From Octopus bimaculoides (lineage: Eukaryota), in contig NC_069005.1 of assembly GCF_001194135.2 (NCBI RefSeq), positions 2,855,485 to 2,897,224 of the forward strand: a DNA stretch of 41,740 bases, in the 5' to 3' direction. Shown piece by piece: positions 12,181 through 24,530 of this stretch. The notes beneath the pieces are model-generated. The model had not been told where the DNA came from, made no database searches, and saw nothing but the letters and a program-made list of their open reading frames with translations. The position numbers and the translations under genes were made by a program. Positions within the stretch are counted from its first letter, which is position 1. Each line of letters begins with the position of its first letter.

Positions 12181-13404
12181 NNNNNNNNNNNNNNNNNNNN
12201 NNNNNNNNNNNNNNNNNNNNNNNNNNNNNNNNNNNNNNNNNNNNNNNNNNNNNNNNNNNNNNNNNNNNNNNNNNNNNNNNNNNNNNNNNNNNNNNNNNNN
12301 NNNNNNNNNNNNNNNNNNNNNNNNNNNNNNNNNNNNNNNNNNNNNNNNNNNNNNNNNNNNNNNNNNNNNNNNNNNNNNNNNNNNNNNNNNNNNNNNNNNN
12401 NNNNNNNNNNNNNNNNNNNNNNNNNNNNNNNNNNNNNNNNNNNNNNNNNNNNNNNNNNNNNNNNNNNNNNNNNNNNNNNNNNNNNNNNNNNNNNNNNNNN
12501 NNNNNNNNNNNNNNNNNNNNNNNNNNNNNNNNNNNNNNNNNNNNNNNNNNNNNNNNNNNNNNNNNNNNNNNNNNNNNNNNNNNNNNNNNNNNNNNNNNNN
12601 NNNNNNNNNNNNNNNNNNNNNNNNNNNNNNNNNNNNNNNNNNNNNNNNNNNNNNNNNNNNNNNNNNNNNNNNNNNNNNNNNNNNNNNNNNNNNNNNNNNN
12701 NNNNNNNNNNNNNNNNNNNNNNNNNNNNNNNNNNNNNNNNNNNNNNNNNNNNNNNNNNNNNNNNNNNNNNNNNNNNNNNNNNNNNNNNNNNNNNNNNNNN
12801 NNNNNNNNNNNNNNNNNNNNNNNNNNNNNNNNNNNNNNNNNNNNNNNNNNNNNNNNATATATACATGTATGTATGTATGTATGTATGTATGTATATTCGC
12901 AATTAGCGGAATTAGCAGTGTTTGTAATGAATAATAATTAACGCAGGCTGCATCTTATGGTCCGCAGAAAATGTTGAAATCATGTAATACGGTAGGGCCA
13001 TCCGCCGGTGCAGAGACTCTTTCTTCAGCTGATATAGCCATCTCATCAAATGAAAGTGTCTCCCTTGACGCGAACAGCATCTTTATGGTGATCTATACAA
13101 TAATAGTGTTTCCTGTTAACTCATTCTTGTTAAGCATATGAACGTCCAATGTCGAAATGCAGACTTCCCTGCAGCCACGGTGTTGAAACGCACGTAGGAA
13201 CTTTAACTTCTGATCATCGTAATTTTTCCTAATTTTGCTCTGTAGTTCTTAATACTACTAAGACTAGTAATACTACTAAGACTATAAGGTGCTTAACCAC
13301 TATTATTAAACTGGACTAGAATATGATAATACAGGTGGAGCTCTGAACATATTTGAAGCAGGAGTTCATTTATAAAATGCACTGCATACATGTGTGTGTG
13401 TGTT

Positions 13405-13437
<33 letters not shown>

Positions 13438-14906
13438 AAGATAGAGAGATAGAGATAGTTTATGTGAGTGTGAATGTCTGCATATGTATTACACACACAC
13501 ACACAGATACACACTCATTTGAAGTTTTGTACGTATATATCCATATATGTATGTATACATGTGTATGTTCGAAATCATATAAGCCTATAAACATTTCCAT
13601 CCGTTATCGTATACATACATGCGTATATACGAACATAAACGTGTTACCGTCCTTGCATCGATGTTACTGCACTCTCTGGATGCGCATATATTTATCTATG
13701 ATTTTACATCATTGCGTATGTGTTGTTCGTGCCTAGATATATCAAATCGTAGATCTTTACAAATCGCTCCAGAATGCGAGGATATATACACCAATAGCTT
13801 GCAGTAGAGTTTCCAATTTTGGACTCCCATCAATCATAAAAGGATTACGCGTAATTCTGATGTTTTCTGAACTATAAATGTCTGCTTTGTTTGTGAATCT
13901 TCGCTCAGTATTTCTATGCCACTGTGTTTCTTTGTCGTTGTATCTGTTAGTTGACTTTCGTCTTATTTATAAAGATATGCTCACACAAATACGCACACAC
14001 GCTCACACGCATGCGCATGCACAAACATGCACACAAACACACAAATATGTATGCGTGTGTGTGTTTAAGTATATATATGCATATATACTTATATATATAT
14101 ATATTTATATACATATATATACATATGTATGTATATAAATATACATACAAGTATATATATACACACACACGCATATATATATATATANNNNNNNNNNNNN
14201 NNNNNNNNNNNNNNNNNNNNNNNNNNNNNNNNNNNNNNNNNNNNNNNNNNNNNNNNNNNNNNNNNNNNNNNNNNNNNNNNNNNNNNNNNNNNNNNNNNNN
14301 NNNNNNNNNNNNNNNNNNNNNNNNNNNNNNNNNNNNNNNNNNNNNNNNNNNNNNNNNNNNNNNNNNNNNNNNNNNNNNNNNNNNNNNNNNNNNNNNNNNN
14401 NNNNNNNNNNNNNNNNNNNNNNNNNNNNNNNNNNNNNNNNNNNNNNNNNNNNNNNNNNNNNNNNNNNNNNNNNNNNNNNNNNNNNNNNNNNNNNNNNNNN
14501 NNNNNNNNNNNNNNNNNNNNNNNNNNNNATATATATATATATATGTACATCATATGTACATATGTGTGCGTAGGTGTGTTTGTGTGTGTGGTATTGTTGT
14601 GTATCAAAGTGTTTTATTTATATTCATATATATATTTTATTCTATTTCTATGTTGTTTTATTATACAGCGTATTAGTCGTCAGTTATTTCTGTTCAGACA
14701 TTGATATTGCTCTAACAAATCTGAAATAATATTCCACAAGCAGATAAACAAGCAGCATTCTTTATTGCAGATAATAAACCCAGCTATTCTGATAGAGAAC
14801 AGTTGTTCTCAGTCGCCTGGATTACTGCTCATAACTATGATCGCCACAAAGCGTTACACTAACCAACGATTTCGAGGCAGTCTAACCCCCGTAGACAAAA
14901 CAAAAA

Positions 14907-15198
14907 AGACTTGTGAGTGGATTTGGTAGACGGAAGCTGGAAGAAGACCGTCCTATATGTATATATATGTATATGTATATGTATATGTGTCTGTATGTTT
15001 GTGTGTCTGTGTTTGTCCCCCGGCATCGCTCGACAACCGATGCTGGTGCGTTTACGTCCCCGTAAATGAGCGGTTTGGCAAAAGATACCGATAAAATAAA
15101 TACTAGGCTTACAAAGAATAAGCTTTGGGGTCGATTTGCTCGACTAAAGGCGGTGCTCCAGCATGGCCGCAGTCGAATGACTGAAACAAGTAAAATAG
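14907..15198 (+). mobile_element. SINE group B, 5'-truncated, with internal (TA)/(TG) microsatellite
   Basis: Aligns colinearly with 28675-29180: CTTGTGAGTGGATTTGGTAGACGGAA, then microsatellite, then GGGGTCGATTTGCTCGACTAAAGGCGGTGCTCCAGCATGGCCGCAG. Confidence 0.9.
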
Positions 15199-15744
15199 TA
15201 GAAATGATTATATTATCCGAATGTCCTGGCTTCTGCTTTTTAAAAGACATTTGTTTTTTATTTCTAACTGGTGGATTTACGTACACTGGCACTTTGGTTA
15301 ACTAAAGACGCTCATCCAGCCCCAGAGAGATAAATCTAGGACGTGCATTCGTCAGATATTTCCGACGAGTTCAAACGACTCTAGCGCTGTGGGAATTTCA
15401 TTGCTGTTTCTAACAGCAAATAACAAGTTTCCAGCTGCCTGGGGAATTAGCAACGATCAACAAAACTAAAGATGAGATGAAAGGCGGAATTTGTGATTGA
15501 CAAACAAAGCGAGAAACGGGTTATCAGATGGAAGTTTTTAATATTCCCGCATCATATTTTCTCTCATCATTAATGTTTACCTATTTTCAACACAAATTGT
15601 GTAGTCCGCTATCAAAGCGGAAGATATTTTTCATCGGATGATGTGTATACACACACCGTTCAAGGATCACTGAAGATAGAAATGTAATGCAAGACATTCA
15701 TTGTGATTGTTGATAATTTATGAACTATGTAAGAAGATATATTG

Positions 15745-15900
15745 CAAAACCAACAAACTCCTACAGCAACAACAACGATAACAACAACATTAACACCAGT
15801 ACTTGTTTAACACCAACATTAACACAAACAACAACAACAACCACAACAGCAACAGTAATAATTCATAACGCAAAGATAATCAAGACAAACAAAAACAATG
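15745..15900. repeat. Degenerate (AAC)n low-complexity tract
   Basis: Directly visible. Confidence 0.8.
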
Positions 15901-16212
15901 AAAACTGCGATTTTTGCGATATTGTCTCAGGCAAGAATGAATTGTCGATATTGCAACAGAAAATAAATAGACATAGCCAGGAAGCAATACAGGGGTGTAT
16001 ATGTGTGCGTCAATATAAATATATACATGCATATCCATGCATATACATACATACATATATACAAACATGCATACATTCATCATATATATATATATATATA
16101 CATATATATATACACATACATATATATATATACATATACAACAGAAATACATATATATGTACTTATACAAACACATACACTTATAGATATATGCAAATAC
16201 ATACATACATAC

Positions 16213-16245
<33 letters not shown>

Positions 16246-16502
16246 NNNNNNNNNNNNNNNNNNNNNNNNNNNNNNNNNNNNNNNNNNNNNNNNNNNNNNN
16301 NNNNNNNNNNNNNNNNNNNNNNNNNNNNNNNNNNNNNNNNNNNNNNNNNNNNNNNNNNNNNNNNNNNNNNNNNNNNNNNNNNNNNNNNNNNNNNNNNNNN
16401 NNNNNNNNNNNNNNNNNNNNNNNNNNNNNNNNNNNNNNNNNNNNNNNNNNNNNNNNNNNNNNNNNNNNNNNNNNNNNNNNNNNNNNNNNNNNNNNNNNNN
16501 NN

Positions 16503-16547
<45 letters not shown>

Positions 16548-16981
16548 ACATATATGAATGCACACACTCAAACATATATATGCATACACAAATAGAGACA
16601 CACATGTACCTACGTACATACATAAATACATATATGTAATATGTACTATACGTATGTATATACATACTCACGTTTACGTGCTAACATACGTATGCATATA
16701 CACATACACAAGACCGTACAATAATTGTATACTTATATAAGTATAGTTTATTTCTGAATATCAATATCTATGCTTGTCTTCATTGAGTATGTAAACGTTA
16801 CTGTGGGTGATATTGTGTTGTTGTTGTTGGAGTTTTGTTTGATAGACAGCAGAAATGAGGCGTAAATTTCAAAACTCATATTTATATGAGTACCTATATA
16901 TATTTATTTTTATATGCGCGCGCACTCTTCTGTCTGCTATGCATAATTCTTGTATATATATATACATATACGTATAAATAC

Positions 16982-17013
<32 letters not shown>

Positions 17014-17699
17014 NNNNNNNNNNNNNNNNNNNNNNNNNNNNNNNNNNNNNNNNNNNNNNNNNNNNNNNNNNNNNNNNNNNNNNNNNNNNNNNNNNNNNNN
17101 NNNNNNNNNNNNNNNNNNNNNNNNNNNNNNNNNNNNNNNNNNNNNNNNNNNNNNNNNNNNNNNNNNNNNNNNNNNNNNNNNNNNNNNNNNNNNNNNNNNN
17201 NNNNNNNNNNNNNNNNNNNNNNNNNNNNNNNNNNNNNNNNNNNNNNNNNNNNNNNNNNNNNNNNNNNNNNNNNNNNNNNNNNNNNNNNNNNNNNNNNNNN
17301 NNNNNNNNNNNNNNNNNNNNNNNNNNNNNNNNNNNNNNNNNNNNNNNNNNNNNNNNNNNNNNNNNNNNNNNNNNNNNNNNNNNNNNNNNNNNNNNNNNNN
17401 NNNNNNNNNNNNNNNNNNNNNNNNNNNNNNNNNNNNNNNNNNNNNNNNNNNNNNNNNNNNNNNNNNNNNNNNNNNNNNNNNNNNNNNNNNNNNNNNNNNN
17501 NNNNNNNNNNNNNNNNNNNNNNNNNNNNNNNNNNNNNNNNNNNNNNNNNNNNNNNNNNNNNNNNNNNNNNNNNNNNNNNNNNNNNNNNNNNNNNNNNNNN
17601 NNNNNNNNNNNNNNNNNNNNNNNNNNNNNNNNNNNNNNNNNNNNNNNNNNNNNNNNNNNNNNNNNNNNNNNNNNNNNNNNNNNNNNNNNNNNNNNNNNN

Positions 17700-17744
<45 letters not shown>

Positions 17745-17949
17745 CACTTATATATTTACACACACATGTAAATATATTCTCACACATATTTATCATATTT
17801 ATGCCATTATATATTTTTGATGTGATCACAAAAATATTCGTTGACAGACGTGGTCAAGCAAGCATAGTTACGTATAGTAATCGATCATGTGTATTCAATG
17901 ATCGAATATATTTAAACACTTCGATAACAATACTGTATTATGTAGCCTT

Positions 17950-18180
17950 GTCGTTGATGCTGATGGCAATGTTAATCATAGCAAATATATTGCTATCTCT
18001 TATGGTTTTACTCCTGATGATGCTGATGACGATGATGATAATTTTTAATATGCAGACTATGATGACAACCACGACGAAGATGGTGATGATGATGCTGGTG
18101 ATGACGATGTTGATGACAACAACAACGACGACCATTGCGTAAATGATGTTTGATGATCTCAACGCCAACGACGGTGATGA
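17950..18180. repeat. Degenerate (GAT/GAC)n trinucleotide tract
   Basis: Directly visible. Confidence 0.85.
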
Positions 18181-18479
18181 TTGTACAAAAGACATAACAT
18201 TCAATGGGGCCCAAATGAGTAGCTTTATTTTTTGCTGTATCTGGGAGCCAGATAAGCATAAATTGTTAAGAAATTAGGGAACGATTTTTATTGTCGATAT
18301 AGGAGCGTAATTTTAGATATGGATGCGTCGTAAGCGTACAGAAAAACATTACCCTGGATATTTTTCCTCTTTTCTTTTACGACGAAGTAACAATATTTCG
18401 AAATGTAGCACACCCTTCTTTAGTCCTCTTGATCTGTCTCTGAGCATCAGTCTAATGTATGCAATGCATACGTCCACTA

Positions 18480-18499
18480 TCTCTCTTTCTTTCTTTCTT

Positions 18500-18538
<39 letters not shown>

Positions 18539-18557
18539 CTCTCTCTCTCTTTCTTTC
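18480..18557. repeat. (CTTT)n/(CT)n microsatellite
   Basis: Directly visible. Confidence 0.9.
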
Positions 18558-18743
18558 NNNNNNNNNNNNNNNNNNNNNNNNNNNNNNNNNNNNNNNNNNN
18601 NNNNNNNNNNNNNNNNNNNNNNNNNNNNNNNNNNNNNNNNNNNNNNNNNNNNNNNNNNNNNNNNNNNNNNNNNNNNNNNNNNNNNNNNNNNNNNNNNNNN
18701 NNNNNNNNNNNNNNNNNNNNNNNNNNNNNNNNNNNNNNNNNNN

Positions 18744-18777
<34 letters not shown>

Positions 18778-19616
18778 ATCCGTGTAGCATCTCTTATATT
18801 TTCCCCATGACTTTCATCTCCCCTGTTCCTGCCGTAAGTCTTCACTTCCACACACGCTAGCATAATTTAATTTGTCCTTGGTCAAAAAGACACCTAATGT
18901 TGATTGATGTCCTGTTGTTTGTATTTATAATTGTCTACCAATTCTCCGTTTTTTTCCGTCCTTGTTTTCGTATACCTTCACCTGCTTTCTTGCAAAGAAT
19001 CTAGTGCTCTTAGCTTAGATTTTCTTGGGGCCAGCCAGAATGGAGCAGTTTGGAGCGTAACCGGCCGAGACTGCAACGACGATCTGGAACTCGACTGACC
19101 GTAGAAACCTCCGAATGACCCGGCATTTTTTTCTTTCCTGTCCTGTTTTGTATAGTCTAACTGCCCGGATTTTGTGTCGTCGCCTGTTACGTTCTTGGTC
19201 CAATTATTTTCTACATATAGCGGTGTACGTATGCTTTTAATGTCATATATATATATAATATGTATATATACATGTGTGTGCGTGTGTGTCTGTGTGATCT
19301 GTTTATATACGTACATAAATATGTATTTATAAATAGGGACAAAAGAGGACATTTGGAGAATGTAGGGAAAAGATACAGACAGAGAATGAGAAAGAACGAC
19401 AGAGCGAAGTAAGAATGTATCAATAACCAATAATTAATAGCAAATTAAAAATGTTTACTTTCTAAATTCGTATTTCGTTTAATTTTGAAATTATTTTATC
19501 GACGGAAAATATAAATGAATTCCTAAAAGTCTCTTTTTCTAACATTGTTGTTGTAGCGACAGCTGCGGGTGTTGCTGCGGCTGCTGAGACTACGTCTGTT
19601 GATAACCGTGGATCGT

Positions 19617-19677
19617 CATCATCATCATCATCATGATCTTCATCTTCATGATCATGATCATAATCACCATCACCACC

Positions 19678-19714
<37 letters not shown>

Positions 19715-19985
19715 CCATCACTACCATTATCAACATCCACGTCCTTTACAATCTTCCTCATCATGCTCATCATCGACAACATTATCCTCCTCCTCCTCCT
19801 CATCATCATCATCATTATTGTCGTCATCACCATCTTCCTTGTCATCATCTATATATTCGACCTCATCACCTTCGCCCTCAGCATCGCTGCCGCCGCCGTC
19901 CTCCATATTTTCTGTGTCGACGCCGTCAGCACCGTCCCCCTCACCCTCCCCATCGCCCTGGACGTCGTCGTCGTCTTCATCATTC
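19617..19985. repeat. Degenerate (CAT/CCT/CGT)n trinucleotide tract
   Basis: Directly visible; source of the poly-H/poly-D/poly-S ORFs. Confidence 0.88.
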
Positions 19986-21911
19986 TCAGCTTCTTAATAA
20001 AATACATTTCCATTTTTTTTTCTTTTTTCGTATTCCATACAAAAATTATTTATTTTCATCCAAACCCAAGACAAAACTAACAAAAAAAATATATTAAAAA
20101 AAACAATATATGGAATAAAAACTACAACAAGAAATAACAATATCAACAACACCAATTTTATAAAAGAAAAAGAGAGAAAAAAAAACAATTCTAATAGCAA
20201 AAACTTGAGGATAAATAAATATATAAATAAATAAATAGGCAATATTAACGATAATAATAATCTGGTTTATTGCATTTTTCTTTTCATTCGTTAAATTTCG
20301 CTGCGAGTTATGAAAGAATTAAGTTCAATTTTAGCTGAGGGCGCTTCGAATCGATTCAAGAAAGTCACTAAAATAGAGGTAAACAATTACTCACACATAC
20401 ACGCACAGAAACACAGTCACACACAAGCACACACATGCACACACATGCATATATGTATATGTGTATTGTGTATATATATANNNNNNNNNNNNNNNNNNNN
20501 NNNNNNNNNNNNNNNNNNNNNNNNNNNNNNNNNNNNNNNNNNNNNNNNNNNNNNNNNNNNNNNNNNNNNNNNNNNNNNNNNNNNNNNNNNNNNNNNNNNN
20601 NNNNNNNNNNNNNNNNNNNNNNNNNNNNNNNNNNNNNNNNNNNNNNNNNNNNNNNNNNNNNNNNNNNNNNNNNNNNNNNNNNNNNNNNNNNNNNNNNNNN
20701 NNNNNNNNNNNNNNNNNNNNNNNNNNNNNNNNNNNNNNNATATATATATATATACATATACATACGTTTAGAGAGAACAGAGAGAGACATGTACACATAA
20801 CTAATGCATATATATATATATATAACTGTGTGTGTGTGTATGTGAATGTATGTATGTCTGAATGTTCTGTATGCATTCATATATACATACATACATACAT
20901 ACACACACACACACCTATATATATATTTAAGAATATATATGTGTGTGTACGTGAGTGCGTTTGTGTGTGTGTATGTATGTCTCTATGCATGTCTATATCT
21001 TAAATCGATATGCATATTTGTAAATACATGTGTATACAGAAATACATTCATTCGTAATTGCTTACATATATACATGCCTGCTTTCATAATGACGTACACA
21101 TTCAGTTTTCGCCAATGTTGCTACATTAATTTTCACGAATTCTCGATTCATCAGTTAGCCATGTGTGTGTATCATAAAAGTCAAGCCTAAATTAGATGGG
21201 GCGCTGATTTCTGACCTCTTTATACAAATTTAACACAGAGAAAGAATGTCATGCATAGGAGGCCGGAATAACGAAATGCCAAATACAATTTTCTTCCCAT
21301 GTGACACATGCATCCTTGACACCTCAGGAAAACAGTTCTAAGGAATCATTTAACTGGGTTATCAAATGCCACGTTTATCTTGGTAATACTAGTAAATATC
21401 TAGCCAAGAAAGAGTGAAATAAACAAACAAAATGAAGCAGAATTGACATTTTTTACAAGTCACGTTGCTTTAGTAAATTTGACATCTCAACGGAACACAG
21501 ATTTCTAAAACAACATTTCTCAACAAAATAGGCAATGATCTATAAAACAAGTTTCTGTAATCAAAGAAATTTAACACGTTATATGTGCTTTCCGCTCTAA
21601 AATGGTTAAATTATAGTGTTGTTTTCTTTTTACATTTCGATTTATTTATTTGTTTTACCATTCGTTGGTGGTGGTGGGGGAGTTCTGGTTTGTCATACAA
21701 GAAAGAACAAGATTTTCAATACTGAGTGTGCTTGGTGGTTCATCTCTGTGTGTGCTGATGGGGTGGGGAAGCTTGGCAACATTTTAGGTAAATTTCGGCC
21801 TTGTTTAATATGGGAGAATCTGAGCTTACAACATAAGTTTTTCACTTGACTTTTCGAAATCCTGTTATAAGAATTACTTTAGAAATCTGGAAGTTTTTGA
21901 AATTCTTTTAC

Positions 21912-22052
21912 CGTTTCACTCTTCGATCAGCGGCAATGCCTAGTGCACTGCAATGAAGCGTTTAGTTTTATCATGTCCGCCAAGCACTTATTTTTATAGA
22001 GTCGGGTAGGTATTTCATCGTACTCCAAGTTACGAGAACTGTCAACTTCGGA
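21912..22052 (-). mobile_element. Highly degenerate SINE group B 3' fragment
   Basis: GTTTCACTC...GCGGCAATGC...AGCACTTATTTT...GTATTTCATCG...GAACTG resembles the reverse complement of the group B tail. Confidence 0.45.
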
Positions 22053-22119
22053 TAGGATAAAGGATAAAAGATAAATCAATCAATCTAATTAGTGTAGCTA
22101 ATTAAGAAAAAAAAAATTC

Positions 22120-22276
22120 GTTGCGAACTTGGACGGTTGGATGGTCGCAGGGTTACTCAATGTGGACTACAGAGTGGAATGATGTTTTGATCAAGGACTC
22201 AACACTTCACCCAGTTCAGGAATCGAAACCACGATCATGAGACCGACACCGTAAATACTAAGCCATTCGCCTCCAC
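22120..22276 (-). mobile_element. SINE group C copy (tRNA-like head), short variant
   Basis: Minus strand reads GTGGAGGCGAATGGCTTAG...GGTTTCGATTCC...GAGTCCTTGATCAAAACA: A-box- and B-box-like motifs and the same post-head motif as 31505-31757. Confidence 0.7.
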
Positions 22277-22644
22277 GTCAACTATGAACAAACGTAAAAT
22301 ATTATAGCTTAGATTTAATGTGGGAAAAATTTAAATAACAAAAAGGAAACCTTGCTATCATGTAAATACAAACTTCAAGACTTCCATGTTATTCTGTAAT
22401 ACTTGATTTGTAAACGTAAGCTTATTTAACGCACCGCTGCCTCACAGGTTGCGAAGATATTTCAGACAGAAAACAAAATGTAAGCTAAACGATGACCCCT
22501 ACCAAGATGTCAAGAACAACTGGCTCTTTTATTTTTTATATATATATTTGTCATGAAGGGCAGAGTAAAAGCCACGTAAATATTTCAATGATTAGGAAGG
22601 TCTTGTGCCTTCCTTAGAAAGGGTTATTTCAATGATTAATGAGT

Positions 22645-22846
22645 CGAGCTGGCAAAATCTGGACGAAATGCTTACCGGTATTTCGCCCTTCGCTAGGTTC
22701 TGAGTTCAATTTCCGCCCAGGTCGGCTTTGGCTTTCAGCCTTTCGGGGTCGATAAATTAAGTACTAGTTGCGTACTGGGGGTCGATGAAATCAGCTTGTA
22801 CCCTCCCACCAAATTTCAAGCCTTGTACCTTTAGTAGAAAGGATTA
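22645..22846 (+). mobile_element. SINE group A, near full length
   Basis: CGAGCTGGCAAAA...GAAATGCTTACCGGTATTTCG...GAGTTCAATTTCC (B-box-like)...GGGGTCGATAAATTAAGTAC...GCCTTGTACCTTTAGTAGAAAGGATTATT. Confidence 0.9.
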
Positions 22847-22861
22847 TTTCAATGACTGAAG

Positions 22862-23045
22862 GGCGGCAAAAGCTGTCAAAATTGTTAGCACGCCGAGCAG
22901 AATGTTTTGCGACATTTTATCAACGTTTACGTTCTAAGTTCAAAATCTTGCCGAGGTCATCCTTTCGGGGCCGATCAAATAAGTACCAGTCGAGTATTGG
23001 GGTCAATATAATTGACGAGTCCCCTCTCCTAAGATTTCAGGCTTC
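22862..23045 (+). mobile_element. SINE group A, second head-to-tail copy (more diverged)
   Basis: Colinear with 22645-22846, including TAAGTACCAG...TTGGGGTCAAT. Confidence 0.85.
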
Positions 23046-23051
23046 TAGGTT

Positions 23052-23110
23052 GCGAGCTGGGAAAATCGTAACCAATGTCGCTTAAAATGATTAGCGGCAT
23101 TTTGCCAGCT
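23052..23110 (+). mobile_element. SINE group A head fragment
   Basis: GCGAGCTGGGAAAATCGTAACC...AAATGATTAGCGGCATTT matches the group A 5' end. Confidence 0.6.
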
Positions 23111-23144
23111 TTACTTCCTGATTCCACCAAGGTTAAATCCACCT

Positions 23145-23226
23145 CCGGCACCACACCACACCACCACAAACATTTACATCAGAATCAGCACCACCGTCGC
23201 ACCACCATTATTAGCATTATCACCAC

Positions 23227-23259
<33 letters not shown>

Positions 23260-23660
23260 CTCNNNNNNNNNNNNNNNNNNNNNNNNNNNNNNNNNNNNNN
23301 NNNNNNNNNNNNNNNNNNNNNNNNNNNNNNNNNNNNNNNNNNNNNNNNNNNNNNNNNNNNNNNNNNNNNNNNNNNNNNNNNNNNNNNNNNNNNNNNNNNN
23401 NNNNNNNNNNNNNNNNNNNNNNNNNNNNNNNNNNNNNNNNNNNNNNNNNNNNNNNNNNNNNNNNNNNNNNNNNNNNNNNNNNNNNNNNNNNNNNNNNNNN
23501 NNNNNNNNNNNNNNNNNNNNNNNNNNNNNNNNNNNNNNNNNNNNNNNNNNNNNNNNNNNNNNNNNNNNNNNNNNNNNNNNNNNNNNNNATGATCAATACC
23601 ACCACCACCACCACTACTACCACAAACACGACCACCAACACCAACAGCAACAACAACATT
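23145..23660. repeat. (CAC)n/(GCC)n/(CAA)n trinucleotide tract spanning a gap
   Basis: Directly visible; the only gap not flanked by (TA)n. Confidence 0.85.
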
Positions 23661-23711
23661 CTATGACGCAAATAATGCGAACGAGCTGTAAAACAATCAC
23701 CGATAGTAATA

Positions 23712-24010
23712 ACTGGTATTCTGTCGGTTCCGTTGATCCTATCAACGGATCAATCTGCTCGTGAAATTAACATGCAAGTGGCTGAATACACCACAGACAT
23801 GCATTACCTTCACGTAGTTGTAAGGGAAATTGGGCGTAACGCAGAAGATGAATTTCGTGGCCCCTTGAGTTACAGGTATAACTCAGTCCCCCACCCCTAT
23901 AGTGAACTGGAGCAATGTGAATTAAAGTGTCCAGCTCAAGGTCACACCGCGTCGCAAGAAATCGAAATTATGACCTTATGACTTTACCCTAAACACTAAA
24001 CCCCTCGCAT
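23712..24010 (-). mobile_element. SINE group C copy
   Basis: GTGAAATTAACATGCAAGTGGCTGAATACACCACAGACA is the reverse complement of the 31720-31750 segment. GAACTGGAGCAATGTGAA and GCTCAAGG match the core, and a degenerate B-box lies at 23958-23967. Confidence 0.8.
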
Positions 24011-24101
24011 TTACCCCTAAAACAATCCAAACAACAACAATCGCCTGTCGTACACGACAGTAAACTAAATTGGAGGCTTAGAACTGACACATATTAATAA
24101 C

Positions 24102-24300
24102 GATTCCAAATTTTTATCACAAGTGCAGCTTGGGAGATGGGACTGAGCCAGTTACATCGACCCCATTGTGAAACTGGTGCTTATTTATTCGACACCGAAA
24201 AGTCGAACAGCAAAGTCGACCTCGGCGGAATTTGAACTCAGAACGTAAGGACAGACGAAATACCGCTCGGCGTGCTAACGATCCTGCCTGCTCGCCGCCT
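24102..24300 (-). mobile_element. SINE group A copy (tandem pair, copy 1)
   Basis: ATCGACCCC...GTCGACCTCGGCGGAATTTGAACTCAGAACGT...GAAATACCGCT...GCTCGCCGCC. Confidence 0.9.
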
Positions 24301-24316
24301 TCACAAACATATTAAT

Positions 24317-24530
24317 CTTTTCCAATCAAGGCACAAGGCCTGAAATTTTGGGGGAGGGTGTCAGGCGATTAGATCGATCCCAGTACGCAACTGGTACTTA
24401 ATTTATCAACCCCGAATGAATGAAAGGCAAAGATGACCTCGGCAGAATTTGATCTCAGAACATAGCGGCAGACGAAATACCGCAAAGCATTTCGCTCGGC
24501 GAGCTAACGATTGCGCCAGCTCGCCGCCTT
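24317..24530 (-). mobile_element. SINE group A copy (tandem pair, copy 2), near full length
   Basis: GGCACAAGGCCTGAAATTTTGGGG...CAGTACGCAACTGGTACTTAATTTATC...GAAATACCGCAAAGCATTTCG...CCAGCTCGCCGCC. Confidence 0.92.

Noticed and set aside
12971-13141. 56-aa ORF resembling a GPCR N-terminus plus TM1 (NES sequon, hydrophobic stretch)
   Set aside because: Ends in a stop without a usable donor; no TM2-TM7; length is within chance expectation.
15900-15960. ENCDFCDIVSGK, similar to the HIT-family CxFC motif
   Set aside because: Embedded between AAC and TA repeats, with no HxHxH motif or downstream exon.
19462-20097. Poly-His/Asp/Ser ORFs (also 17938-18259 and 37119-37835)
   Set aside because: Degenerate CAT/GAT triplet repeats that are open in several frames on both strands.
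22581-23110. CRISPR-like repeat-spacer array
   Set aside because: The repeats are 11-14 bp with unequal spacers that are SINE copies, in a eukaryotic context with no cas genes.
23983-24030. CCCTAA-like telomeric sequence
   Set aside because: Only isolated units inside a SINE head; no array.
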